Below are positions 41,236-51,348 of a stretch of 64,000 nt of DNA, piece by piece; position 1 is the first letter of the stretch; each line of letters begins with the position of its first letter. Under the pieces are notes generated by a model. The model did not search any database. It worked only from the letters and a program-made list of their open reading frames with translations, and was not told the origin of the DNA. The translations under genes were made by a program, and so were the position numbers. This DNA comes from a virus. The stretch spans positions 1 to 64,000 of IMG/VR virus record IMGVR_UViG_3300027741_000002; one strand, given 5' to 3'.

Positions 41236-43183
41236 CCTGCGCTTCCGTGACTAGTGTTAACTCAACTTCCTCGCCAAAACTTGGAGTGTCTGGAACCGTT
41301 ACCTTGTATCCGTCTATCTTGCGAACGATAACGGTGTCACGCACCTCAAGATCACTTGCAAGACGCATGCGAATAAACTCGTCTTCAACTATAATCGAGC
41401 ACCAGTCTCCCGGAACGTATTCCCCGATAACAGGTGATAAAGATCCGTTAACCCTAACCTTGATGTCTGATATTGGAGGACGTGCCTCTGTTAGATAGCG
41501 CTCCGCGTGTGAGTAAAGCAGCTCTTCATCTTGAACCTCGCTGCGAGTTTCATTGGCGTCAAGGATAGGCCAACCGTTAAGAAGCATGTCCGTTGCGGTT
41601 GCAACCGCATACGGTTGGCTAATGTTACTGCCTAGATCCGGGATATTTCCTACGACAAAGAAACGTGTTGCCGCGTTCTCGGCGTTCTCTTCCATGGTAA
41701 CGTTAATGATGCTTCCAGGATACTCGAAGACAAGTTGATCCGCGCCATAACGACTAGGAGGAGATACCTCTCCTGCGGCAGGAGGATTTGGATAGTCAAT
41801 TGCAATTAAGACAAACGTGCGGGTAAACGTAGGTATATCTCCAACATAGACAAGATCACAGTCAATGCGATACTCGAAGCCGTCAACTGTATCCGAGTAC
41901 GCGTCTAGTTCCTCACCTGCGGACTTTAGTTCGTATCCACGGTAGTTGGTATTTGGCACGTTCTTACCGCTATACGCATCTGTAGAGTACTGTAGGTCAA
42001 TGTCAGAATTTCCAGGATACGGTCCGTACGTTCCGTATTTAGCCGTAGGTTGAACTACAGCGGTGCCTGCCGCAACTGCGGTTGATGCCATGTCACTATC
42101 CGAGACATATATAGTAAATGTAGTAGCGGTAGGCGTTGCTAGTATGTATTGCTTGCCGTCAAAAACGGTAAGGAACGTTGTAGGATCATCTACACCGGAC
42201 AGCGTAACATATTTACCGGCGGTAAATCCATGCGAAGTAGACGTAGTTAATGTTGCAACATAGTCTACGACCGACTTAGACGTAACTGTCTTAGTTATAG
42301 TTGATACTGAAGCCGTAGCCGATGAGGCTATGGTAAACGTAGTAGTAGTAGGAGTTGCAATGACATCCCACAGACCGTCCAAGGTCCCGTTAACGTTATA
42401 GATCTCCACCGTCTGCGTAGGTATAACGTCGTGTGCGGTAGCCGTTGTAATCCTAGTTACTCCTCCGGGGGCGGTGACTGAAGTAATCTGTAGCTCTGTC
42501 GCAAGTGCAGGTTCGATATCCGTGTTAGGGAAACTGATCCCGCTAAAATCAACGAGGATCTCGTCAAGAAGTTGACGTACAAAATCATAGGTATCAACGC
42601 GCGCGTAGACCGTTACACCTGGGTATGAACCGTTAGGTACCGACGTTCCGGTAATTGTAAACGTCGTGTTGCTGGGAGAAGTTGCAATTGTATAATACCC
42701 GCTATATTGAAAATCTCCAACTTCTACGAACGAGATTCTTACCGCCGACCCCACAGGAAAAGCGTACTCTAAGGCTTGAAGTGTTCCGGTAATAGTTCCG
42801 CCTGAGACAACAAGATCCGCGCCAAAATCATGTGTCCATGTCTTCCAGATATCACGGTGGTGGAAGTAGCTTGTAAACTCTGAAGCCGAGACGTTAAGTG
42901 AACGTGAAACTACGTCGTATGACCGGTGCCACACTATACCGCCCCAGATACATACGCCGTCGCGCACTACGTATAGTCCTGTTTTTCCAGGCATGGTGCT
43001 GTTATATATGTCCATAGACGAGGTATCTGGAATTACCGGAATAGTTCCGCCAAACGAGCCCGCGGCCTTAATCGAACGCTCGAATGAGACACCGCGAAAT
43101 GGAATTTCAGCAAGTACCTGGTTTGTTAAAAGATCGGTAGTAAAATAGCGGTACTCTACGGATACCGTATCGGTCATTACCAT
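41216..43183 (-). CDS. Minor tail protein (baseplate hub / Tal-like)
   Basis: YRYF.TDL......E.P...VSF, R.G..IWGGIVW, GFEYRID, FEYPG.I and GWP.LD motifs; second gene after the tape measure. Confidence 0.78.
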   Translation of the reverse strand: MVMTDTVSVEYRYFTTDLLTNQVLAEIPFRGVSFERSIKAAGSFGGTIPVIPDTSSMDIYNSTMPGKTGLYVVRDGVCIWGGIVWHRSYDVVSRSLNVSASEFTSYFHHRDIWKTWTHDFGADLVVSGGTITGTLQALEYAFPVGSAVRISFVEVGDFQYSGYYTIATSPSNTTFTITGTSVPNGSYPGVTVYARVDTYDFVRQLLDEILVDFSGISFPNTDIEPALATELQITSVTAPGGVTRITTATAHDVIPTQTVEIYNVNGTLDGLWDVIATPTTTTFTIASSATASVSTITKTVTSKSVVDYVATLTTSTSHGFTAGKYVTLSGVDDPTTFLTVFDGKQYILATPTATTFTIYVSDSDMASTAVAAGTAVVQPTAKYGTYGPYPGNSDIDLQYSTDAYSGKNVPNTNYRGYELKSAGEELDAYSDTVDGFEYRIDCDLVYVGDIPTFTRTFVLIAIDYPNPPAAGEVSPPSRYGADQLVFEYPGSIINVTMEENAENAATRFFVVGNIPDLGSNISQPYAVATATDMLLNGWPILDANETRSEVQDEELLYSHAERYLTEARPPISDIKVRVNGSLSPVIGEYVPGDWCSIIVEDEFIRMRLASDLEVRDTVIVRKIDGYKVTVPDTPSFGEEVELTLVTEAQVDKRGQ

Positions 43184-43230
43184 CTAAGTTGTACCTCATT
43201 AAGTAGATTTGTCGTTGAATACATTGTATA

Positions 43231-44868
43231 CTATCCAAGCCAGGCAGATCTGTAGTAGACAGCTAGAGATGCGGTGCTTGTTGCGGTCCCGGAATCTACA
43301 AAGCTAAAGTAGTTATCGCCTGGAGCTAGAAGAGTCCACTCCGCAAGAACGTCGACAAGACTACGCTTGCCGACCGCGTCTCCGTTAAGTGTAACTACGT
43401 GGTCGCGCGTATCAATCTCAAGAACATCCGCGGTAGACGTAATTGTTCCAGAGGCAGCCGACGATACTACGTTTGTAGCTGTCTTAGCGTAGGTTAGCGT
43501 AGTAGTTGTCGGGACAGTTAATATCGTAAAGGTACCGTTGAACGTAGCGTTTACGCCGGATACAACTACAACGTCACCTGCAAGAAGGCCATGCGCTGCC
43601 GCCGTGGTTAGCGTGGCAATGTTACCTGTTAGAGCCTTGTTAGAAACGGTAGGTGTCAGGACTCCGCGCAGAGACTCGATAATTGTAAGAGACTCGTTTG
43701 TAGTCTGGTTGAAAATAGTTGCGGGTCCTGTTAGCGGACCTGAGATCTGCAAGATCACCGGCGCGTATGCATTACCGGTGTTAGTTATCGTGCCGGCACC
43801 TGAGCCTTCAACACCCGAGTTTGCTCCTTGGATAGTTACGTAGCGATAGCCAAGCTCGTCCTCCGCGTACCACTCGTACTTAAGAGGGTCCGGAGCACGT
43901 AGTCCGATAGAAAACTCCGTGCGTCCTCTTGCGTTAATTGTTTTAATATCAGGACGCCCACTAAGACGCACATAGGAAGCCTTGGTTGGCTCCTCGTCAA
44001 CCTTAATCCACGCGCCTACGTAGACTAGATCAGTTTCCTTAATAAGCTTATCTCGCGACACCTGAACTAGCGAAGGGTCAGGAGTAAGGAACACTCCATT
44101 AAGGGTTAATTGACGCGCTTGATAGCGTCCACGTACATCGTAGGACCCGTCTCCCCAACCACGTGGAATATCACGAACCTCCGGCTCTGGGTGCACCCAC
44201 CAGCCTTCAATGTCCGTACACACCCATACCACGCCGTTCTCATCGATAGTATTAAGAATAAGATCTCCGATAGCAATATCAGCGTTAAGCTTCATTCCCG
44301 TGATATGAGGAATTGGCAAAGGTGTAAGACCTAGGTTTACCTGTGTGTTCTCGTATGACTGAGTTACATCGTCAAAGTATTCTCCAACGTATGATGCATT
44401 CTCAAGAAGAATCGCATCAACTAAGAACTTCTTACCAGCCGTTCCAGCTAGAGGTTGAATTACAGATATGGTAGCTGCAACCGCAAGTGCAGGCGCTACC
44501 ATTACGCCTTCTAGACGAGTAAAATCACTGCCTGTAGGAATTTCTATCGCATTAGTTGAACTTGTCGAGATAAGCGTCCCACCGGAGACAGCGGTATACC
44601 ACTTGACGTCAATTCTTAGCGTGCCTGTTTCTTGATTATCAGGCACCTTTACGTATGCGGACACCGCATATGAAGACGCAGCTGTCACCGCGATTCGTGA
44701 AGCTGTAACAACACCGGAGTTAATAGAGGCAGCCTTTGTAATCTGCAAGCATGACGTTCCGTAGAACGAGTCGGTGGTGATACGCGCGATGGTTGATGAT
44801 CCAGTAGAAGACCAACCGGTTATGTCTGTCTTAAATGAAGGATTAGTTACTAAGTTAACTCTTGACAT
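43231..44868 (-). CDS. Distal tail (Dit-like) protein with N-terminal carbohydrate-binding-like module
   Basis: NLVTNPSF.TD..GW (CBM-like), IEGWW, R.LTLNG, L.APDP.KY, N.GN...P and L.PG.N motifs. Directly follows the tape measure; ATG at 44868. Confidence 0.8.
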   Translation of the reverse strand: MSRVNLVTNPSFKTDITGWSSTGSSTIARITTDSFYGTSCLQITKAASINSGVVTASRIAVTAASSYAVSAYVKVPDNQETGTLRIDVKWYTAVSGGTLISTSSTNAIEIPTGSDFTRLEGVMVAPALAVAATISVIQPLAGTAGKKFLVDAILLENASYVGEYFDDVTQSYENTQVNLGLTPLPIPHITGMKLNADIAIGDLILNTIDENGVVWVCTDIEGWWVHPEPEVRDIPRGWGDGSYDVRGRYQARQLTLNGVFLTPDPSLVQVSRDKLIKETDLVYVGAWIKVDEEPTKASYVRLSGRPDIKTINARGRTEFSIGLRAPDPLKYEWYAEDELGYRYVTIQGANSGVEGSGAGTITNTGNAYAPVILQISGPLTGPATIFNQTTNESLTIIESLRGVLTPTVSNKALTGNIATLTTAAAHGLLAGDVVVVSGVNATFNGTFTILTVPTTTTLTYAKTATNVVSSAASGTITSTADVLEIDTRDHVVTLNGDAVGKRSLVDVLAEWTLLAPGDNYFSFVDSGTATSTASLAVYYRSAWLG

Positions 44869-44869
44869 T

Positions 44870-47800
44870 TTATGAACCGCCCTTACGCATCTGGAATGCA
44901 ATCTGGCGTGAAACCATATTGGCAAGCTCTGATTCGTTCATACCTGGAGATGGATAAACGTTAATAATGTTCCCACCTGAGCCACCAGCAAGAAGTTTAA
45001 TCATTGACTTGTCACGCTTAGATAGACCGTCTGGGTCAAGAGGCTCAACGCGCTCTGGACGACCAGCTTCTCCGATACGCGCAATAGTTCCTCCAAGTGA
45101 AGGATTAACTACGCCACCTAAAGCAAAGTTAGGTATTTGTGGAATGTTAATTCCAAACTGAGTACCACGACCAGGAACACCAACGATATCTGGGATCTTA
45201 AACGAGATCTTGTTCATTGCACGAATAAGAACGTTTATCAAATTTATTACCATATTGATAGCGCCTTTAAGGCCGTCTGTTAGCCAGCCCCAAATATTTC
45301 CTGCGCCTCTAGCAAATCGTGCGCCAAGACCAGAAACAAAGGTTACTATAGTCTCAAATATAGCCTTCGCGCCAGTCCATGCAGCGTCAAGTCCTGTCTT
45401 TAGAACGTTCCATACAAAGCTAATTGCAGTTGTGACTAGTCCAATATATGTCTTTACTCCTGCAACAATAAGATCCCACACGAATTTAATTGCAATCCAT
45501 ACAGCGTCAAGAGCGGTCTTTAGAATGTCCCAAACAAACTTAATGACAGTAGTTATAGTTGAGATGTAGAGTTTGATACCTGCGACAATGAGATCCCAAA
45601 TTATCTTAATTCCATCCCAGACAAGTTGAAGTCCTGTCTTCAGAACGTCCCAGACAAACTTAATAACAGTAGTTACAGCATCTATGTATAGCTTGACTCC
45701 TGCGACAATGAGATCCCATATTACCTTAATAGCATCCCATACTGCTGAGAGGGCTTCCTTAAATCCATTCCATGCCTTTGGAAGCCATTCAACAAGCCAG
45801 TCGATGACAGAGCCAACTGCGTCCTTAATGGCAGCCCAGACCTTTTGAACAAGCTCGCGGAAGGCTTCATTCTTCTTGTAAAGTACTACAAATATTGCTA
45901 CCAAAGCTGTTATTGCTACAACAATTACGCCGATAGGATTAGCGGAAAATGCAATAGAAAGAAGCATCCACGCAATTCTAAATCCTTCAATAATAACCTT
46001 AAATATCTTAAACACGTTCATAAGCATAGACAGTGGCTTAAGCACTAAGAATAGAAGTCCGGCGCCAAAGGTAGAAAACAGAATGCTTACTGCTGTAAGA
46101 GCTAGAGCAATTCCGTGGAACGGTGCGGTAAAGTTTAGAATTGCCTTAATCACTTTATTGTTAAGAATGGCTAGAACAACCTTTGCAAGAACATCAAAGG
46201 TACCAAAGAAGGTCTTAATTGTAGAGGTATTGGTGAGAGCGTCAATTATCTTTGTGATTGTTACAACAAGACTTGCGAGCGCAGGTGCGCCTTCGTTTGT
46301 CTTTGCTAAGATACTGCCAAACGGCTCCGCTGCCTTGCCAATTGTGTCCCAGAACTTCTTGATGTTTGGGTCATCGCCAAGCTTTAGGATTTCCTTGACA
46401 AACTTACCGACGTTACTTAAGATTGATTTAGTGTTCTCAGCAGCTCCTGCAAAGTAGGACTTAAGAGTTGCCTGACCTTCTGTTGATCCAGAGAATGCCT
46501 TAAATGCTCCTGTAATATCCTTAAAGTAGTCAAGCATGATCTGGCCGCCAGTGCCAGGACCTGTATTAGCCTTAATGATGTTACCAAGGCCACCTGCGAT
46601 GTTTCCAATGATCTTTCCAACCTCGGCAGCAACTCTACCAGCCTCGTTAAAAAATGCCTTAAGCTTCTCTGGATCTGCGTTAAGCTTTTCGTCAAGAGAC
46701 TTTGTAGTTTTAGTTAAGTAATCAAGAAACCTTTGTAGCAGTGGATCTACTGCTTGAAGAATAGAAAGAAAGACACCCCAAAGATTACCGGTAATTCCAC
46801 CAAGTTTACCGATAGCAGTTGCTGCATTAGTAAACACTGTTGTAAGCTTAGATAGATTAGCAGGAGCTGTAATTGCATTAGAAATAGATATCGCGACGTC
46901 ACCAAGTGCTGTTCCTACTTCCTTAAGACCAGTCTTTAGTATAGGGAAGGCCTTATCAACGAGAGTTGTAATCGCTGTTTGTAGTGGAGGAAGAAGAGCT
47001 CCTGCGGCTGCCTCTTTTAACTTTTTAATCTCTGGTTGAAGATTAGAAATAAAGTTAGCAAAATCTTTTTGTGATGCTGTTAAATCAAATAATGGATCTA
47101 TAGATCTACCAGAACGACCTTTTGCCGCGTCTGACTGTGCACGAGCAAGAGCTTCTTCTGCATCTTTTTGCTTCTGTAGCGCATCAACTTCAGCCTTTGA
47201 CCTGGCGTCTCTTGCGTCAGCAACTGCGCTATCTGCCTGTGCCGCGGCTTCACGCGCCGCAACAACCGAGTCAAGACCGTCAACGCCGGTTTTTGCAAGA
47301 CGCTGCTGCTCCTTGGCAAGATCAGAGTTTTTGTCCTTAGCACGACGAAGGTTAAGGTCAGCCTCCGCATACGCAAGTTGCGCCTCACGACGAGCACGAG
47401 AATTAGGTGGAAGATCTTGGACACGTGCTAAAGCTTCGCGCGCCTTTTCAAGATCAAGGCCCGCGCGCTTTTCAGCAAGTGCGGCATCCTCTGCATCAAA
47501 ACCCATTTGTTGAAGTTGCTCGTTACCATCTTTAAGCGCGGTGGTAAGAGCTTCCTGAGCTTTTGTAAACTTATTTTTTGCGTCTGTTACTTCTTTATCA
47601 GCTCTAGTTAAGGCTTCTGTGTTACTTGTAACTACTCGTAGAAGAGCTTTTTCAGCGTCTGTAACTCTACGTTTTGCAGCAGTGTCACTCGCTGCTGCCA
47701 TATTCTTTTGCTTATTAAGCGCGGTTACGGCCTTGAATACACCCGATAAGGCAAGCTTAGCTGTTATCGCACCTATGCCGATGTCTACTAGACCGGCGCC

Positions 47801-48151
47801 TAAAGCTAGAGCAGCGGGAGCAGCAGAAAGTAAAGCTCCTCCGAGAGCAACAACGCCTCCTGCAAGAGCAGCTACGCTGCCAAGTAATTCAGAAATAACA
47901 GTTCCAACTACTAGCCCTGCTGCTTGTAGACTGTATAAAGCTTTTCCTTGACTTTCTATCTTCTTTGCAAAATCAGAGCCTATACCAATTTTTGACATGT
48001 TTCGTGTAAACGATGTGCCAAATGCGTTTCCTGCATTTGACCCTACTCGAGAGGCGACACCTTCAAGTTTTTGCAAGTCTCTACGTACTGAAGACTCAAA
48101 ACCAGTCGTTATAGGCCTAACAATTATGTATGCCTCACCGACTACTGCCAT
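44870..48151 (-). CDS. Tape measure protein
   Basis: 1093-aa Ala/Leu/Gly-rich helical protein, VGEAYI.V start and periodic Trp repeats; follows the tail chaperones. Confidence 0.92.
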   Translation of the reverse strand: MAVVGEAYIIVRPITTGFESSVRRDLQKLEGVASRVGSNAGNAFGTSFTRNMSKIGIGSDFAKKIESQGKALYSLQAAGLVVGTVISELLGSVAALAGGVVALGGALLSAAPAALALGAGLVDIGIGAITAKLALSGVFKAVTALNKQKNMAAASDTAAKRRVTDAEKALLRVVTSNTEALTRADKEVTDAKNKFTKAQEALTTALKDGNEQLQQMGFDAEDAALAEKRAGLDLEKAREALARVQDLPPNSRARREAQLAYAEADLNLRRAKDKNSDLAKEQQRLAKTGVDGLDSVVAAREAAAQADSAVADARDARSKAEVDALQKQKDAEEALARAQSDAAKGRSGRSIDPLFDLTASQKDFANFISNLQPEIKKLKEAAAGALLPPLQTAITTLVDKAFPILKTGLKEVGTALGDVAISISNAITAPANLSKLTTVFTNAATAIGKLGGITGNLWGVFLSILQAVDPLLQRFLDYLTKTTKSLDEKLNADPEKLKAFFNEAGRVAAEVGKIIGNIAGGLGNIIKANTGPGTGGQIMLDYFKDITGAFKAFSGSTEGQATLKSYFAGAAENTKSILSNVGKFVKEILKLGDDPNIKKFWDTIGKAAEPFGSILAKTNEGAPALASLVVTITKIIDALTNTSTIKTFFGTFDVLAKVVLAILNNKVIKAILNFTAPFHGIALALTAVSILFSTFGAGLLFLVLKPLSMLMNVFKIFKVIIEGFRIAWMLLSIAFSANPIGVIVVAITALVAIFVVLYKKNEAFRELVQKVWAAIKDAVGSVIDWLVEWLPKAWNGFKEALSAVWDAIKVIWDLIVAGVKLYIDAVTTVIKFVWDVLKTGLQLVWDGIKIIWDLIVAGIKLYISTITTVIKFVWDILKTALDAVWIAIKFVWDLIVAGVKTYIGLVTTAISFVWNVLKTGLDAAWTGAKAIFETIVTFVSGLGARFARGAGNIWGWLTDGLKGAINMVINLINVLIRAMNKISFKIPDIVGVPGRGTQFGINIPQIPNFALGGVVNPSLGGTIARIGEAGRPERVEPLDPDGLSKRDKSMIKLLAGGSGGNIINVYPSPGMNESELANMVSRQIAFQMRKGGS

Positions 48152-48187
48152 GGTGTCACCTCCTTCCTTTTTTCTAGTTCTTAGTTC

Positions 48188-48588
48188 TTAGTGCCCAAGT
48201 GGAGAATCTAGGATGTCACCAAAAGGCTTAGGCGCATTTGCGTTTACACTAGTTGGTTGTAGATACGGCTTAGGCTTTTTCTTTGGTTCAAATGGTTTAA
48301 GCTCTGGTTCACTTACCTGAGGATCATCAAAGTCCATAGCACCTGAAGCGTAGCTGCTTCCTTCTTTCTTAGAAGCATACTTATACTCGCTGTTATACAG
48401 ATCTGAATAGATAGAAGATCTTGTCTTATCGCGAGCTTCAGCCTGCTCAGGAGTGCTGTAGTTCATGTCATCCTCAAGGAAGTAGTGAAGAACGTCTAGC
48501 ATGTCACTAAAATCCATGCTTGCAAGTTGTAGTCCGTTCACTAATGCTCGTCCATTCACATAAGGCCATAGGTCAATCCCCCACTCTA
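48188..48588 (-). CDS. Tail assembly chaperone, downstream (T-like) ORF
   Basis: In the -1 frame relative to the upstream chaperone; open as ...LLEWGIDLWPYVNGRAL... upstream of the called GTG at 48559. Confidence 0.65.
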
Positions 48589-48927
48589 GGAGACTGTAGG
48601 CTGCTCTTCCGGGCGTCCTGAGTACTCCTCAACAAGCCACGCTGTGATTTCTGCAAGTGTCTCAACTGTTACGATCTTTTCAGGGTGCTCGCATAGGATA
48701 TTAAAGCGCTCAAAGCTCTCTTCAACTAGTACCTTCTTAAAGAAGGTGTTAATCAACGCAGCAGATTTTGCAGGATCAGACGAGCTTGCATCTGTAATAA
48801 GGCTAAGCATAGTCTTACCTTGTACCTGTGCAACACAGTTAAAATCTTCCCCATGAAGCTTAAAAGAAAGAGGCTCTCTTGCCTCTTGCCCAGTACCTGA
48901 ACCAAAGTCCTTGAATCTATTAGTCAT
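48586..48927 (-). CDS. Tail assembly chaperone (G-like)
   Basis: Ends L..I..WLVEEYSGRP; two genes upstream of the tape measure. Confidence 0.75.
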   Translation of the reverse strand: MTNRFKDFGSGTGQEAREPLSFKLHGEDFNCVAQVQGKTMLSLITDASSSDPAKSAALINTFFKKVLVEESFERFNILCEHPEKIVTVETLAEITAWLVEEYSGRPEEQPTVS

Positions 48928-48981
48928 GTTTTCTTCCTTCGTATTGTGTTAGTGTCTTTATCGAGACGCTTGTCTCAATGT

Positions 48982-49371
48982 TTATCTTATCAAATATAGG
49001 TTATCGGTGAGATACCTATTCGGCCGTGTTCCGGGATGTCGTACAGCGTGCGTATATATAACTCTTCCACCTGAAGAGAAACGCAACACGTTTGATCTAT
49101 TTGGAACGATAATGTGAGGCTTAGTGCCTTCGTGGTGCAGCAGCGCGTAATGTAAGCTAGAGCCTACCATCACATATTGACCGCCCATGCCACCGCGCTC
49201 GTGACGCATGTGAATAGAAGCTTTTAACTTTCCTGTTTTAACACCCGCCTGCATTTTTGCAGCAATAACAATACGAGTAGCGCGCTCGGCAAGATGTCGT
49301 CCTACCATGCCGGTAGGACTTTTTAACATCTCATCCATTGCTGCCTTATTAAAGACTACCTTTACTACCAT
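48982..49371 (-). CDS. HK97 gp10-like tail completion protein
   Basis: KTG.LKASI, YAL.HHEGT.PH and V.HPGT.PNRYL motifs. Confidence 0.78.
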   Translation of the reverse strand: MVVKVVFNKAAMDEMLKSPTGMVGRHLAERATRIVIAAKMQAGVKTGKLKASIHMRHERGGMGGQYVMVGSSLHYALLHHEGTKPHIIVPNRSNVLRFSSGGRVIYTHAVRHPGTRPNRYLTDNLYLIR

Positions 49372-49874
49372 TACGGAACCACCAACGTTGCCTGCATCTT
49401 AGTGGTTTGAAAGCCACCTTCAGCGGTTGCGGCCTCGACTGTAGCGATAACACCCATGCCAAACTCGCCAGGTTCCCACTGATCTAACTTGTTGATAAGC
49501 TCCATAAACATATATGCATCAACCGCGGAGATCTCCGAGCCTTCTTGAATCTTTTCACCTGTAGGGGCTTTTCCGTTAGAACCTACGACAGGTATCGCAC
49601 GAGAAATAGTAATACTCAACACCGCGCTACGAGGCGACGTTGCTCTTTGTGGTTGGCTAGCCTGATCACCTGGAAGTCCTAGGTACATCTGGACAAATGA
49701 AACGCAGAGTTGCTCGCAGTCAATCGCAGGATCACCCATCGTCCAAAATTGGCGACTAGGCACAGGAACGTTATATTCCTCATATGTTTGAACTACCTTA
49801 TAAAGAACGCTATCTAGAAAGTTCTTAAGGTGCAGTGCATCAGCACTTACCGAGGCTATGTTAACAATTTGCAT
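49371..49874 (-). CDS. Tail terminator / head-tail connector protein
   Basis: Position in the neck module; P..DC.QL.V and EGG motifs. Confidence 0.55.
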   Translation of the reverse strand: MQIVNIASVSADALHLKNFLDSVLYKVVQTYEEYNVPVPSRQFWTMGDPAIDCEQLCVSFVQMYLGLPGDQASQPQRATSPRSAVLSITISRAIPVVGSNGKAPTGEKIQEGSEISAVDAYMFMELINKLDQWEPGEFGMGVIATVEAATAEGGFQTTKMQATLVVP

Positions 49875-49884
49875 GTTAGCCTCC

Positions 49885-51249
49885 TCAGTTATCTAATGTG
49901 TAGGTAGGTGTAGTAGGTGTACCAAGTCTTAGGGAGAGATTGCCAGACGCAATATACACAGTTTCTTCGTTCTTTGTCGCGTAAAGATCCCACGTTCCTG
50001 GGTCAACAAATCCTGCGTAGGCATAGGCATCTGCGTAGGAAACCGACAACGTTAAGGTGTCGCGTGACTCGTTTGTAACAAGTGCCGTGCCTGTAGTTGC
50101 AACACGAGCAATATTACTCGCGACCTTGGCAAACATAAACGTAGTAGTCGTAGGGACATCTGCTATATAGTAAGAGCCGTTAAATGTTGCATCTACACCT
50201 GAGATTGTCACGTAGTCGCCTACTGAGAACCCGTGGGCAGTCGACGTAGTGATAATCGCCATGTTATCCGCGATTTGCTTAAATGATACTGACTTAGAGA
50301 TATCGTTAATGATAGTGTTAATAGACACGGCGCCAGATCCTAGGTCACGAGTTTTGCTGCCACTGTAGTTGCCTATCTTAAGTGTAGGAACCCAGGCATC
50401 ATCAAGAACTAAGAACGCGGCGTTGATGTAGTCAATGTTAACGTCTAGCGTTCCGCCGTCCTTGCCTGTGATATTCATATCAAGAACGCTTGGTGCAAGT
50501 GAAAGGGGCTTAGGAATGTGTCGACGTGCACGAGGAACATCTGGAGAAAATACACGAGCCTTCGCGCGCGCCTTGTCTGGGTTTGCAGACTTTAAAAATA
50601 GATCTACGATGTATAGACCTGTTCGCATGTCGGCGATGAAGTCCTGGTTGTCAAGAATAGTATAGGAGATACCTTGACGTGAAACAGAGGTGATACGTTG
50701 TGGAAGATCGCAGTCGTCACCGTTCCAAAGTTTAATAAACTCTGTCGCAAGAACGCGGGCTGCAGCTCTACCAGACGCAGGAGGAGGAGATCCGTATGTA
50801 TAGGTAACCTCGATGTTGCACGGTGCCCAGGCGGTGCCTGAACGTGCCTGAAGGGTTGAATGATCTACTAGATAATAGTTGGATGGATCAACTATCTTTC
50901 CTGTGCGGTCACGGACTGAGTCAATCTTAATAACAGGCCGTCCGCGTAGGCGTAGGCGGGTAGACGGGGACATGCCGTCTGTAGTTAGCTCCGCGTAGTC
51001 GTCAAATTCATCAAAAGGAATGTTGTACATGTCGCCGCCAACAAGCTCCGGCGTGTAGTTGCGTGCAGATGCACCTAGGCGATACGCGCGAGACGCGCAT
51101 ACATACTTCTCGCTGACTGTTGTAATTCCACCGTACTTGCGACCAGACATAGACCATAGAAGCTGAGACGCTACTTTTACGGCGTCGTATGCGTATTCAT
51201 GATCCGCATAGGAGTCAAGCTCTTCAACGCTAACCCAAAGGTTTGACAC
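49885..51249 (-). CDS. Head-to-tail adaptor with C-terminal extension
   Basis: A...AS..LW.MSGR.Y, VTYTYG..PP..G..AA..LA.E, C.LP.R.TSV.RQG.S and TGL..VD motifs. Confidence 0.75.
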   Translation of the reverse strand: MSNLWVSVEELDSYADHEYAYDAVKVASQLLWSMSGRKYGGITTVSEKYVCASRAYRLGASARNYTPELVGGDMYNIPFDEFDDYAELTTDGMSPSTRLRLRGRPVIKIDSVRDRTGKIVDPSNYYLVDHSTLQARSGTAWAPCNIEVTYTYGSPPPASGRAAARVLATEFIKLWNGDDCDLPQRITSVSRQGISYTILDNQDFIADMRTGLYIVDLFLKSANPDKARAKARVFSPDVPRARRHIPKPLSLAPSVLDMNITGKDGGTLDVNIDYINAAFLVLDDAWVPTLKIGNYSGSKTRDLGSGAVSINTIINDISKSVSFKQIADNMAIITTSTAHGFSVGDYVTISGVDATFNGSYYIADVPTTTTFMFAKVASNIARVATTGTALVTNESRDTLTLSVSYADAYAYAGFVDPGTWDLYATKNEETVYIASGNLSLRLGTPTTPTYTLDN

Positions 51250-51293
51250 TTATCTATCCCGTCTAATCGTCGTTAATGTATATTTTAATAGAG

Positions 51294-51337
51294 GAGCGGC
51301 ATGCCTGTGTTGGTGGTAACACATCGGCACGCCGCTC
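51294..51337 (-). promoter_or_regulatory. Stable hairpin downstream of the major tail gene
   Basis: GAGCGGCGTGCC-GA-TGTGTT / AACACA-GGCATGCCGCTC stem of ~18 bp with no U tract. Confidence 0.65.
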
Positions 51338-51348
51338 ACATTCTATTA

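Noticed and set aside
44869-44925. Upstream extension of the Dit ORF (and similarly 60705-60746, 33810-33845, 11959-12021)
   Set aside because: These extensions overlap the preceding genes; downstream starts fit operon packing better.
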